From Schizochytrium sp. TIO01 (lineage: Eukaryota > Protista > Bigyra: Labyrinthulomycetes), in assembly GCA_004764695.1 (NCBI GenBank), contig SMSO01000031.1, positions 9,344,761-9,408,760 of the forward strand: 64,000 bases of DNA, written 5' to 3'. Shown here one piece after another: positions 39,180 through 51,176 of the stretch. The translations under genes were made by a program, and so were the position numbers. Each line of letters begins with the position of its first letter. The first letter of the stretch is position 1. The notes under the pieces are model-generated. The model was not told the DNA's origin. It did not search any database and saw nothing but the letters and a program-made list of their open reading frames with translations.

Positions 39180-39252
39180 TTCTCCGTGGCGGGTTCGAAC
39201 CGCCGACCTACAGATTAACAGTCTGACGCTCTGCCAACTGAGCTAACGGAGA
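39180..39252 (-). tRNA. tRNA-Asn(GUU) copy 10 (D-loop GGCA variant)
   Basis: One D-loop T>C difference (TTGGCAGAG vs TTGGTAGAG). Confidence 0.97.
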
Positions 39253-39355
39253 TCTAATTCGTTGACTGGGTTTTGCTAAGAGACTGCACGTATATATAAT
39301 TGTTTAATTCACATAATTGAACAAAAATAAAACGATTAAAGTCAAAAACAAAATA

Positions 39356-39428
39356 TTCTCCGTGGCGGGTTCGAACCGCCGACCTACAGATTAACAGTCT
39401 GACGCTCTGCCAACTGAGCTAACGGAGA
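39356..39428 (-). tRNA. tRNA-Asn(GUU) copy 11 (GGCA variant)
   Basis: Identical to copy 10. Confidence 0.97.
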
Positions 39429-39514
39429 CAGCTATCATTTTCTATACCCAACAGCTAACAATATGAATACATATAACTTGGCTTTGTACAATGTTTTAAA
39501 TGAAAAAATAAATA

Positions 39515-39587
39515 TTCTCCGTGGCGGGTTCGAACCGCCGACCTACAGATTAACAGTCTGACGCTCTGCCAACTGAGCTAACGGAGA
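39515..39587 (-). tRNA. tRNA-Asn(GUU) copy 12 (GGCA variant)
   Basis: Identical to copy 10. Confidence 0.97.
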
Positions 39588-40544
39588 ATATTAAATCTCA
39601 ATGATCAGATTAGTCTCGACAATTTGTTTGAAATATATAAAGTTTAGTTGGAGTGGAAGAATTTCAAGAAATTGATACTATCGCTTTTTTTTTTATTAAC
39701 TGACGAGTGAGAGTGACTAGATAACATTTGTGTATTTCATGGTAAAAGGTCCTTTTTTTAAGAATCTGCAAATGAACCTTTACAAGCATACATATGTTAT
39801 AAACTTATGTATGCAATTAGCATTGGTGAATTAACTTCGATGTGATGAGTATAAAAATTGATGTGGATAAGTTTACAGTGACTAAGACACTCCTGTTTAA
39901 GTGGATGTTCACAGAAGTTTGTCGTTATACAAGTTCTAACATATGAGTTCTATTTCCATCAATGTGCACATACGTTATCTCCTCGTTTATTTAGTAAAAG
40001 TTCTTTGTACATATGTATTTCATTCAGTGAATACGTCGTGGCCTTGTAGTAAAAGTCTGTCCTTAAAATATTTCCTTTTATAATAGTTATCCTAGCTTAA
40101 GGGTGCCTTAAGTTGCTTAATACTTTACGTTAACTCTAAATCACAACTCCAACTATATGCGTGCATCCTTCCTGCAAGGATTTGTAGCTTAGTGTGCTAT
40201 CAGAATCTATCCCTAGGGGACGTGGCAACAGAAAGTACATATTCATTATGGGTACCACAAGTGGACCCTTATCATTCGGGAGGTTGACAGATGCAGCATC
40301 CAGTCGACATGTAGATGTGGTGCATGAACACCAAGGATGTTTGACTCTCGAAGTAGGGATCTGTTGTTTTGGTAAACTACCTCGAGTCTTGCCATCATTA
40401 CGGTTGTTGAATGAAGCCTCACGGGTTATAATATTGCTCATGGATATATGATAAGGTGAGAGTTTGACCGATCTTCAACTGTGCACTTTGATTTCGTTTG
40501 GTTGCAATTCAGAGAGCGCTCAAAGCTTAATTGATGCTTATGTA

Positions 40545-40960
40545 ATTGCTGAAAGACGATTCTGGCCAGCTTGAGGTTGACCGCAAAGACGAAGGCAACG
40601 GTCTTGATGAAGGCTTTAAGAAGGTTTGATTGAAGATTTATAAAACTGCTGTCCTAGATAATATACTCTAGGACAGATAAATTTATGAAGTAATTAATTA
40701 TTCTAATAGATTCTTGAGAGGTTTTAGAGATAGTTGGTGGGGTTGGTTTAATGCAACCTCTTCAGCCATAGATTCAAGTTACACCACACTTGGACATATG
40801 TAATTTGTAGTCGCTCTTTTGGTTCTTGACTCTGGCTGCCTACTCTTGCTCTAATGTAAGCCCATATTTACGAGGGTTTCACAAAGGGATGCCAAGAGCT
40901 CTAGCAATGTCTTGTCTACTAATTCCTTCGATTGGAGATTTCATTGGAGATTTCAGCAGC
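40545..40960 (-). repeat. Dispersed repeat copy B (inverted relative to copy A)
   Basis: Colinear with 42025-42430 (AGCTTGAGGTTGAC, GGCTTTAAGAAGG, AACTGCTGTCCT, AGTTACACCA, TCTGGCTGCCTA, TAGCAATGTCTTGTC, GATTGGAGAT). Confidence 0.88.
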
Positions 40961-41149
40961 CTTCGAATGCAATAATATTGCATTCCCTGGCGTTTCACGG
41001 AAAACGAAAAACTTACGATTGACTTAGATACAATTCTGAACTGCATTGGATCTAGTCGAGAAGTTCGCTACGTTGGTCAACTACAGTATTCGTTCGTTTA
41101 TATCTTTTTTTAATGCTGAGATTTTTAATTGAAGAAATTAGTGATTGCC

Positions 41150-41320
41150 TTAACCTCCTAATTACTATATGAAACAGTCTGCCTTGAGATTCAGCTCCCT
41201 GCTGACAGCATTTCGCTAACTCTAACTCCTTTAGGAAAACTTCTTAAAAGCCTTCATCAAAACTTGCCTTCATCTTCTTGGTCAACCTCCAGCTGCCTGG
41301 ACGTACACTTTAGCAATTGA
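41150..41320 (+). repeat. Dispersed repeat partial copy D
   Basis: ATTACTATATGAA...GACAGCATTTCGCTAACTC...TTGCCTTCATCTTCTTGGTCAACCTCCAGCTG. Confidence 0.8.
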
Positions 41321-42024
41321 TTCCGTCTCAGTAACGCTAAGATCATCGTGAGCGTGCATGATGCTGTGCTGTATAGAGGCATCACTGAAGGTAGCTTTGC
41401 TCATAAAAAAGTGGCAAATGGAGAACAAATTAAGCATAGTCTGGGTATTGAGGCTGTATATGAACAACCCTGCAAGGGTTTTATTTGAATAAGCCTTTTT
41501 TAGATTATACCATAGCCGAGTAACTCACTATCCTGGTTATACGCATATTTAATGCCTTGGCTTGTTGGCTAAGATATCTGTGCAGATGTGAAGAATCAAG
41601 GCGATTTGCTTACGTCTGAACAGCCAATATTTGAACGACAATAAGATTGTAGTAACCGTTGCCTGGGTACTCCTTTCACGAAAGTCGTTTACTTTCATTT
41701 GTTTTAAATACCTTGTATCTCTAAATCTTCAATCGAAGATACCTTTCTCCAAAACATGACAGAGTTCTCAGTGTCTCATGGAAGGTCCCTGTACCATCAG
41801 TTCTCGCACAAGAATAGAAGAAGACAATTAAGTGCATGGTTGTTTAAGAAGAAGTCTCACAAAAACAAATGCGCACATGGGTTCAATTTGATTAGATTGG
41901 CGACATCGTAAACTTTTCAGCTAAACATATTCCGGATCAAGTCTGACCTAGGCTCCTATTGATACTACAGATCAGTCTACCCTGAACTCTGATATCAAGG
42001 ACAGCAGATTGCTAACTCTAGGAC

Positions 42025-42430
42025 CCTGCTGAAAGGTGATACTGATTAGCTTGAGGTTGACTGTGAAGATGAAGGCAGGAGGCTTTAAGAAGGCTGATTT
42101 ATGAGTTAGCGAACTGCTGTCCTGGATAATGGATTCCAGGGCAGATGGATTCATATAGTAATAAGGGAGATTAGGACATTCTTGAAAGTAGTTAGAGAGA
42201 ATCTATGGGGTTAGGTTAGTTCAACTTCTCCAACCATCGATTCGAGTTACACCATGCTTGGATGTAGGTAGTGTGTATTCACACTTCACGTTGGCTCTGG
42301 CAGCCACATGAGTCTGGCTGCCTATTGTTGCTCTATTGTAAACCTTATGTCTAACGGGCGCTTACAAAGGGACACCAAGAACTATAGCAATGTCTTGTCC
42401 ACTAGTTCCTCCGATTGGAGATCTCAGCAG
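42025..42430 (-). repeat. Dispersed repeat copy C (inverted relative to copy A), abutted by a short + strand fragment at ~41960-42020
   Basis: Reverse complement aligns with window 30-432 along its length. CAAGGACAGCAGATTGCTAACTCT at ~41996-42019 is a + strand piece of the same family. Confidence 0.88.
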
Positions 42431-42493
42431 ACCCAAAACATACAGATCCCTCCTATACACTTTCCAAGCCGAATGGAAAACTACGCCAAACCT

Positions 42494-42865
42494 AGCTGAG
42501 ATATTCATTCGAAGAGACTAGGGGATTCAGAACTTACTCGTGAATAGACGTTTAAACAGATTTGCGTGGCTTCGAAGTCAAGAATCAAATGCGTACATAC
42601 ACATTCGCTAGAATAAAGTATGGAGGGATATATATACATGGATTATTTGAAAGATTCATCAACCTAGCCTTGCCAAGTATGTCTAATACAGGCCTAGTAT
42701 GTCTTAGACTCTGGATTACAACATGAACCAGTCAAAGGACAGCAGGCTGTGTGCTCTTGATCTCATAGACTATCATGCCTTCTTACGCCTTTTTGCAGCC
42801 TTTACCTAGCCTTTTCCCTTCATCTTCATAGTCAAGCTTTAGCTGACTAAACGTGTCTTTCAGTA
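42494..42865 (+). repeat. Dispersed repeat copy E (more decayed)
   Basis: GCTGAGATAT, GCGTACATAC, AAGTATGG, TCTAATACAGG, AAGGACAGCAG and CCTTCATCTTCATAGTCAAGC occur in the same order as in copy A. Confidence 0.75.
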
Positions 42866-44439
42866 AGCCTCTTGTTTTATCATTTTAGTCAATTTTGTGC
42901 TGTCTAAACTCGCCTCCCTTCCTTGTTATTTTCATAGGCAAGAGCAAATGAGATTAGAAACCCACACATTCCATTTACTTAGGCTGTGTTCCAATTGTAT
43001 CATTACAGGTACTACAAAAGAGGTTTTAGCGGTGAAACACACAAATACTTGGTACCGAGAATTAGAATTAGATTCTCAAATGTTGCATTTTAAGGTACTC
43101 TGTAAATGTATTTACCTTATTTAGGAGCGACCCGCTATACTTAGATGAATAGAATACTAAACATTCATAAAAAGCTAAACTTTATATGATACCTTAATGG
43201 TCGACTGGGTCTCACGATAATGTTTTTCCATTTGTCACATACTCCTATAGATCAATAATTTGACTGTGGGACGCCGATGATGGAAAGTTGTCGATCAGAG
43301 TTCAAAAGAGAAAAAACTGCCCGTAGAGTTTCCCAACAGGGAATATCGTTCAGACCCTTCCAAATTATACCTACGCATTACTTATACATGTCTTGGGATG
43401 CTTCATTTCCTTCTTGTGTCATCGTCAATCAGCATTTAAGAGAGCCAAAATAATTTCTGTAAAACCAGATATGCTTGGACAACATATGAAAGGGTATATT
43501 CAGCATAGTCTTATGAAGTTGAGGTTAGCCGTTTTCACTTTTCGACGAGTAGAGTATCACTAGTGTTGAAGACGTTGCGAAGAAGAAACCTTCAAAATAC
43601 TCCATCCGTAACTTGTATATGATAAAATCACCAAAACTGCCGGCTTAAAGGATGATTGGTCATCTATAATGTACAGAGTACTTATGGAGCTATGATTCAG
43701 ACGTCACAATTGTGTTCTGGGAGTCCTAGAGAAGAAAACATTCATGTAACCTGGTAAGTATATTTGAATTACTGCATTTTCTGTGACACTGATAAACAAG
43801 ACCCTGAAGCTATTATGCACCAAAAGATCACATTTTTTTTGTTTAACCGATGAGTTTTGAAAATGGGAAAATATCTGAAGGAATGAGTGAGAACTCCAGC
43901 TTCTTCTTGTCTCAGGATGTAGAATGAACGAGTGAGGTACTGCGTAGCTTCGAATAGAAAGGGTGCAGTAGTCAAGAACAGCATATAGGGTTGCAAGGTA
44001 TTATCCTTTCATAGGTTTAGCATTGTAAATTAAGCTATTCTACTAATCTATCGTTTCACCTTTGGATCTGAAGGCTTAATTCTAGTGTGACTCCTTGAAC
44101 CCATATTTTAGCCAAACTCTTCGAAGACTATGCAACTCTTACGGTAAGTGCTAGGTGGTGAAGAGACAGGGAAAAATGAGGTTCTGCATTTTCTGCCATG
44201 GTATTCATTTCCCTCTTCTACTTGGTAGTGAAATCAAAATTCAAACAAGGATTTCCCATAAGAGGTACGCTGACTCGGAGCACAAGGTATTGATGTTAAA
44301 AAGAAAGCACAGAATAGAATAATATCATACCTAACTCAAAGGTAGTTTTAGATTCTACAACATGAGTGGGATTTCATTTAAATAAAAATAAAAATACAAT
44401 AACAATAAAAATAACAATGAAAATAAAAATAAATAAAAC

Positions 44440-44512
44440 TTCTCCGTGGCGGGTTCGAACCGCCGACCTACAGATTAACAGTCTGACGCTCTGCCAACTG
44501 AGCTAACGGAGA
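44440..44512 (-). tRNA. tRNA-Asn(GUU) copy 13 (GGCA variant)
   Basis: Identical to copy 10. Confidence 0.97.
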
Positions 44513-44953
44513 CTTCATTGATCGGTGATACCACTGCGCCAATGTCTGCTAATAAGTAAATTGAAGTATTTTGAATTTGTCGTGAAATTATACCAGTCTC
44601 ATACATCCTTGCTGCGTAACAGTAATTAAAAACACACACTTGGTTTGAGCATTGTGTTCCTCTATCGATTATGCAGATTAGATCAGATTAGATTGGATGC
44701 TTACTGCATTTTCAAGGAAATAGTGATAGTAAGAAGCTTCCTGAGTATTAAGATAGCAGGATTTTTCATATACCTTTTTCTTAATTCATCACATTTACGA
44801 AACCCTGCTACAGAGACTCTGTCTTAGTGCCTTTCTCTTGAATGCCTGTTTTTGCTTGCGCATTGATGGAGGATTAAAAGTAGAGAATACCTCTCGTAAT
44901 TATAATTATGTATTTTAAAAAAAATGTAGAAATTATAAATTAAAAATAAAGAT

Positions 44954-45026
44954 TTCTCCGTGGCGGGTTCGAACCGCCGACCTACAGATTAACAGTCTGA
45001 CGCTCTACCAACTGAGCTAACGGAGA
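44954..45026 (-). tRNA. tRNA-Asn(GUU) copy 14
   Basis: Identical to copy 1. Confidence 0.97.
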
Positions 45027-47011
45027 GCACATGAAATCATTGCTGAGAACACGATCTTCCACATCGCACCATTGGTCATCTAGTATGGGTCAGTAACAAT
45101 CAGTCAAATAAGAAATCATAAATCTATGATGTGAGATGATGGTAATGGAAATTCTCTGTATCTTACATTTTAAGCATAGGTAGAGTTTGATTGATAGCAG
45201 ATAAAGTGAGAACTTTTATGTAATCATTGTAAGGGTTTGTGTTTTATAGCTGATCGACACAAAAGTAGATTTCAAGCATTGCTTTTTCCAAATTTTAAGC
45301 TGCTGTTAAGTGTTATCAAGTAGGACTCACTGGATTGATAGACTGCTGTACACGAAGGCTGCGACCCAATACAAACCTCTTTACCGCATTAGCTATGTAC
45401 TAACCTATACATGTTCATTTTAATATTTGCTTTCTCATGGTTTAGAGGCACTGTTGGGTTACAGGGCTTATAACGTACTAAAACTTGAATCTTTATGATT
45501 TGAAATTTTGAACTATTTTGGGTGTCAAACCTTAAATTTTAACAACCCAATTGATTATCTTAAGCTGTGTGGCATTTATTTGTACCTTTGGTCTATTTCT
45601 GATGCACTCTTTCGCACAGACATATCATTCTCAGTTTCTCGATTCAAACGCTATCATCGCTTTCAATGTATTTTCTCTGTCAATAACAACTTCAAACCTA
45701 AGATAACTATCATGATCATGCTGTGTTGATTACAGTGACATTTCAGTGCTTCGTTCATAAAGTATTTATCGTGTTTTGGGTTAGTGAGCAACTCACAAAT
45801 AGTTTATATTAACCCCTCCAGTATCACAATTTCACCCTTTCTCTCTATTAAAGCTCAATATCTCTAAAATTTAGGCTTTTCATTATACCATAACTATGTT
45901 AGTCCTCTTTTGAGCTTCAAGTTCATAGAGTTCCTGTCGTCACAAACTAAGGGTGACTTTTTCTTTTCTTTACAAAATTAAATTAAATTACTATAGTCCA
46001 TTCTGAGAAGCAAATTTGTTATTCTCACAGACATGTATGCTAAAAATTTATTTGCAAGGCTATAGCAATAAAACAACGCGGTGGCTTTGCTCTGTGTTAA
46101 ATTGTTGAGATTTAAAGCTTCTCTTCTCACAACTGAAAATGGCATTTCACGAAGAGAGAACTGCAGCAGTTCATCGAAGTTCTTTATTCGTCTCCAAAAC
46201 TGTTAACTTTCATTGATCATATTGACAGTCAGATAGTTTCATGTTCTTGTGTCGTTTCGAACCTGTCTATACTATTTGCTACTCGTTTGAGGCCTTACTT
46301 TGCGTATTAGTGACTCTGGCTTGACCGGGACAATGTACTATGATGCGCCATCAGGAGGTGTATCAAGTAGATTGCAGTAGACCTAGTTGGCTGGCCGTGC
46401 GTTCAGATGTCTTGCTTTGCTCAACGAAATGGCCATCTCTATAATTTAAAGCTGGAACCCGACTAAGTAACTAATTTACTCTTTTCAAAATCTCCCCTAA
46501 TACAACACTAAGCGAAGATCTGACAGTTCTATGTTTAATCTGTAACTCTACGTTACGTTAAGAGGTATCAGGCCTTGTCTTTATCTATGTATCAGTATTG
46601 TTTTATCTACTCTCCTTGCACCTGACGTACTATTCTATGCCCCTTCATACTGCTATAACAAGGGTCATGCCAGTAGTATGCTACTTTGATGCTAAGATAA
46701 TTCGTGTACATAGGCTTATAGAAAATTCTCCTACAAGTTGCGAACTCTTGGAATAAAGATATTCGATGAATTTTCCTCCTTTTTACTCTGTTCAGTTCAT
46801 GCCTTACTCATTAAATTTAACTAGCAGCTATTTACAATCAATTACTATACCCTGTCAGCTTTAGAAAACGCAATTGCAGTGAGACAATATAACCCAGTGC
46901 ACTTCTTTATAAAGGAAGTGTATTATCAGTTAACAAGAGACTCAACTTTTATAGATCAGAGATGTACACCTCGGGTTTTAGAAGTGCTCAACTGATTCGA
47001 CTACTCCAAAA

Positions 47012-47445
47012 GCTGAGAACTCCAATTGAAGCAACTAGTGGGCAACACGATTCAAGAGTTGCAGGCGTTCGATTGTAATCCCTCAAAGATCCAGGATCTA
47101 AATAGGAACAGAACTAGGCAATAGAGATACACGGCTGAGAAGTCAAAACTGTGATATACGATAAACGAGAACCAAAAGTATAGTCTAGAATCAAGTATGG
47201 TAGACGTTAAATTGATGGTCGAGAAGACAAGTTGGCCTAACCTTGAATTGTGTTTAGTTCATGTCAAGTCTGTTTTAATTCTATGTATAGCGTACATCAG
47301 GATGCATTTTGAGTTCAATTTAAATGATAGCAGATTGCTAGCTCTTAAAGACATAGAGTATCAAGTCTTACTTAGACCTGCATCATAATTCTTGCCTTCA
47401 TCTTCATAGTTAACATCTACCTGACCAGATTCATCCTTTAGCACC
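47012..47445 (+). repeat. Dispersed repeat copy F
   Basis: GCTGAGAACTCCAATTGAAGCAACTAGTGGGCAA...CAAGTATGGTA...CCTAACC...AGCAGATTGCTA...TTGCCTTCATCTTCATAGTTAAC...TTCATCCTTTAGCA. Confidence 0.8.
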
Positions 47446-48322
47446 AAACAACGATGCCGAGTTGTGGTAGTGCTTTGTTTGTTGGAGGCTGGAGGAAGAA
47501 TTGAGCTATCTCTATGTAGGAAAATAAAGAAATAAAGTATCAGACAGATTTAATACACTAATTCACAGGTGAGGTCACTGAAAGAATGTTCATTATAGTA
47601 GGCTTGCTATATTCTATACTCACCTTAGTTGTAATTTGGTGTTTGGTAGGCAAAAGTACAGAACAGGGAAATGGCAAGAATCCTAAGGCAAGAATTTGAG
47701 AGGTAAAACTAGATTTTTTTAAACGCATGTGAGGAAGCGAAGTACGCCACACAAATAAGTAGTAAATCACTAATTCTTTGGAGGAGGAACGTCAGATGTT
47801 TATTATAGAGTATTCCAAAATTTGTTTTTATGCATCTCGAGTACTCCACGAATGATCATCTAAAGCTCTGATCCGAAACAAGGTGTAAACGAATGAAGTT
47901 ACCACCAATGTCATACATAGCTCAGCCGTAAGGGATTCATTTGTTCAATGTTAAAATTGAAGAGTAGCGTGCTTTCCAATCCCATTACGGAAAACCGTAT
48001 GTATGATTTTAGCTCGTCAAAGTATCCCTAGATCTTGATCTATTCCGGTGAACATTTTGTCTCAAGAAGTTAGGAAATCGTGAAAGATCTAATTTTTAAA
48101 TTATTGAAGACTTGATTACTAAAAGTTTGATTCAGGGAAACATAATTAAATTTACACATTAAGACGGGATTAAGTATTCAAGGCTCAAACTCTGCCGAAG
48201 TACTTAGTTTTGTCTCTAGCTAGATAGCAAAATGTGCTAATCATATCTCCTTGTTATGTAAAAAGGTCTTACCTCTTACTTTTTTTTTTAAAAAGCAATA
48301 GAGATAAAGGGAAAAAAAATAT

Positions 48323-48395
48323 TTCTCCGTGGCGGGTTCGAACCGCCGACCTACAGATTAACAGTCTGACGCTCTACCAACTGAGCTAACGGAGA
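48323..48395 (-). tRNA. tRNA-Asn(GUU) copy 15
   Basis: Identical to copy 1. Confidence 0.97.
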
Positions 48396-48932
48396 GCAGA
48401 TGAACTCATTGAATTCAGATGGGAGACGATTGTGTAAAATAGTTTATATAGGGGATACTTTGTAGATCTTTAGCATTAGCAAGGTATGAGAAGCGAAACA
48501 AAAGGAGCAAAGGAAAACTTGCAGGGACTTTCAGATAAAAGTTGTAATCTGGCTACTATGTCACGAAAATTGGATTACGGTCAAATACCTGAGGTAACAG
48601 TTTAATGTTTCTGTCTTTGGTGCTTTGAGTGATTTATGCTGTTTAGTGTGAATCTTGCTCTACAAGAAGGACTTATCATCTGATAGTGATAGGTTCTAAG
48701 GGGTTGGTTCTTTTGCTGCGCGTCGAAGGTGAATATGTCAGATGCATGCCATAAACTCAGAAATTTAGTGGTGCTGCAGACCTGGATGTAATGCATCACC
48801 AGGCCATCAAAGCTTTAAAAGTCCTCAGCAGAGCAGCCCTGACGAAGACTCGAATAAGTCCATCAGCTCCTTGCTTCTACAATAAGCTCCCAAAAGTGAT
48901 AGTATGAAGATAACAGCGGTCCACAGAATCAT

Positions 48933-49208
48933 TTATTCCTCACTTTCCCCACGGCGATGCGACTTCTGCTGCGCATCAATATTTTTCCACATGCTACTCG
49001 GAGCCAAGCCTGCTTTCTGTGATCCTACTCCTTGAGGGGTCTCAGGGTCCTGGCCAAGGTTGAGTTTGTGCAGCTCTCGGCGGGCGTCTGCGCCTTGCAG
49101 AGCTGTGGTCGAGTAAAACGGAAGGTAGACGCCCATGATACCGACGGCGCTAAGGCAGACGGCGCCCACACCGACAGCAATGACCTTGCCCACGTTCTTC
49201 TGGCTCAT
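48933..49208 (-). CDS. Small (~91 aa) single-pass membrane protein
   Basis: ATG at 49208 (MSQKNVGK). N-terminal TM VIAVGVGAVCLSAVGIMGVYLPFY and C-terminal SSMWKNI. GC-rich coding-like island in AT-rich surroundings. Confidence 0.65.
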   Translation of the reverse strand: MSQKNVGKVIAVGVGAVCLSAVGIMGVYLPFYSTTALQGADARRELHKLNLGQDPETPQGVGSQKAGLAPSSMWKNIDAQQKSHRRGESEE

Positions 49209-49976
49209 GGATGCAATACTTCTTCTCCTTCTTCTTACCCAAGTGCAACGCGTAACTACAGTTGGAATGCGGGCGTAAACAAGGTTAGTAGAGCACTCAA
49301 AGAAGCACCGTTCCTGTTCACCAGAGCCAACACTCAGCTTCAGGTGATCGAGGTTTTGCTTTGTGATAAATTGCAATGAATAGCACTTCGGATGAGTGAA
49401 TCTCTGCTTTGCAATAATTGCTTTCGAGAAGAGAAAACACCGAGGAAGAAAGGATACTGTTTTGACTAGCTAGAGAGTAGTGGAGACGCGGACGAAAGGA
49501 AAGAGCAAACACTATGAGTAGTAGGAACTGCCTAGTTAGCGCTATATGAACTACTAATCACTGATTTGGGCAGTTCTTAGGAAGAAGAACGCTTTGCATG
49601 GATGGGGATCATTCAAAGATGACAGAGGAGGAGAGTTCATCTAAAGGCAACCTGTGATTGGCATGTGGGGTATGCGTGACTTGGATGCAACGTTATTGAT
49701 GCGCATCGTGACTGGCATGGTGGCAGATTAGAAGAGTTACTCTTGGAATCCATGATCGTAATACTTGCAGATCAACGAGAAAACAACACAGTTAAACATG
49801 AAATGATGATAGCACAGGCAAATGTGCCTCTTCACCAGGGCCATGGAGGTAAGTATATATTTATTTTCGAGAGTGTTTGTACAGGTAATACCCCCAGGGC
49901 GAACGGAGGATGAATAATACTGTAGCAGGTGTAGAATTGAAGAGTGAAAAGGCACAACATAGCAGGATAGATTAAA

Positions 49977-51176
49977 TTAGAGAGTAGAGTTAGGGGGGAT
50001 GCGCTCAATGATGGTGGCGTTGGCAGTGCCGCCACCCTCGCAGATGGCCTGGAGACCGTACTTGCCGCCGCGGCGCTCGAGTTCGTACAAGAGAGTAGTC
50101 ATAATCTTTACTCCGGTGGCACCGAGGGGGTGTCCAAGAGCGCAGGCGCCTCCGTTAACGTTAAGCTTAGCGGGGTCAGCACCGAGGGCCTTGTACCAGG
50201 ATACAGGGACCGGGGCGAAGGCCTCATTCACCTCGTAAAGGTCAATCTGGTCCATGGTGAGGTTGGCACGCTTGAGCACGTTCTCAGTGGCAGGGATAGG
50301 GCCCTCAAGCATGATGACGGGGTCGGAGCCAGCAAGGGCCATCTCGTAGATCTTGGCACGGGGCTTGAGGCCGAGCTTACGGAGACCGTTTTCGTTACAG
50401 ATAAGCATAGCAGCAGCACCATCACAGATCTGAGAGGAGGTAGCAGCGGTGATGATACCGTCCTTGGCGAGGGTCTTGAGCTTACCCATGGCCTCAAGAG
50501 ACACGTTTCCACGGATACCCTCATCCTTGTCATGAACAATCTCATTGCCCTCCTTGTCCTTGCCTTTAATGGCAACAATCTCTGCCTTGAACTTGCCAGC
50601 TTGAGTGGCAGCGTATCCGCGCTTTTGGGATTCGTAGCCAAAGTTGTCGAGTTCCTGACGGGTGAGCTTGTGCTTCTTGGCCAAGAGCTCAGCACCATCG
50701 AACTGCGAAAATGCAACACCAGGGCGCTTCTCTTGAATGCCCTTGGCCTCAGAGGCGAGGCCACGGCCCTTCTTGATGCCATCGGTGACGTTGGCGCCGA
50801 TAGGGACATTGGTCATGGACTCGACACCACAAGCAATAACAACATCTTGAACTCCGCTCATAACGGCCATGGCAGCAAAATGAAGAGCTTGCTGAGAGCT
50901 ACCGCACTGGCGATCAACACTGACACCAGGCACAGATTCGGGGATCTTCTTAGAGGCCAGCACAATCATGCGGCCAATGTTGCCAGCCTGCATGCCGACC
51001 TGGTCAACACAGCCACAGATAACATCGTCAATTTGAGCACCATCAATTCCAGTTCGGGTCACCAGCTCATCGCAGACTACAGCACCAAGATCAGCGGCGT
51101 GCCACTCACGAAGAGCGCCATTCTTGCGGCCGCCGGCAGTGCGGCAGGCTTCTACAATGTAGGCAGTGTGGGGCAT
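49977..51176 (-). CDS. Thiolase (acetyl-CoA C-acetyl/acyltransferase)
   Basis: All thiolase motifs present: VDRQCGSS (catalytic Cys), GVESMT, SQICDGAAA, EVNEAFA, GHPLGATG, AICEGGG. First ATG at 51176 (MPHTAYIV). Strong codon bias. Confidence 0.97.
   Translation of the reverse strand: MPHTAYIVEACRTAGGRKNGALREWHAADLGAVVCDELVTRTGIDGAQIDDVICGCVDQVGMQAGNIGRMIVLASKKIPESVPGVSVDRQCGSSQQALHFAAMAVMSGVQDVVIACGVESMTNVPIGANVTDGIKKGRGLASEAKGIQEKRPGVAFSQFDGAELLAKKHKLTRQELDNFGYESQKRGYAATQAGKFKAEIVAIKGKDKEGNEIVHDKDEGIRGNVSLEAMGKLKTLAKDGIITAATSSQICDGAAAMLICNENGLRKLGLKPRAKIYEMALAGSDPVIMLEGPIPATENVLKRANLTMDQIDLYEVNEAFAPVPVSWYKALGADPAKLNVNGGACALGHPLGATGVKIMTTLLYELERRGGKYGLQAICEGGGTANATIIERIPPNSTL

Noticed and set aside
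36787-39587. CRISPR-like pattern of identical repeats with unique spacers
   Set aside because: The repeat is a complete 73-nt tRNA-Asn cloverleaf, spacers are long, variable in length and partly duplicated, there are no cas genes, and the context is eukaryotic.
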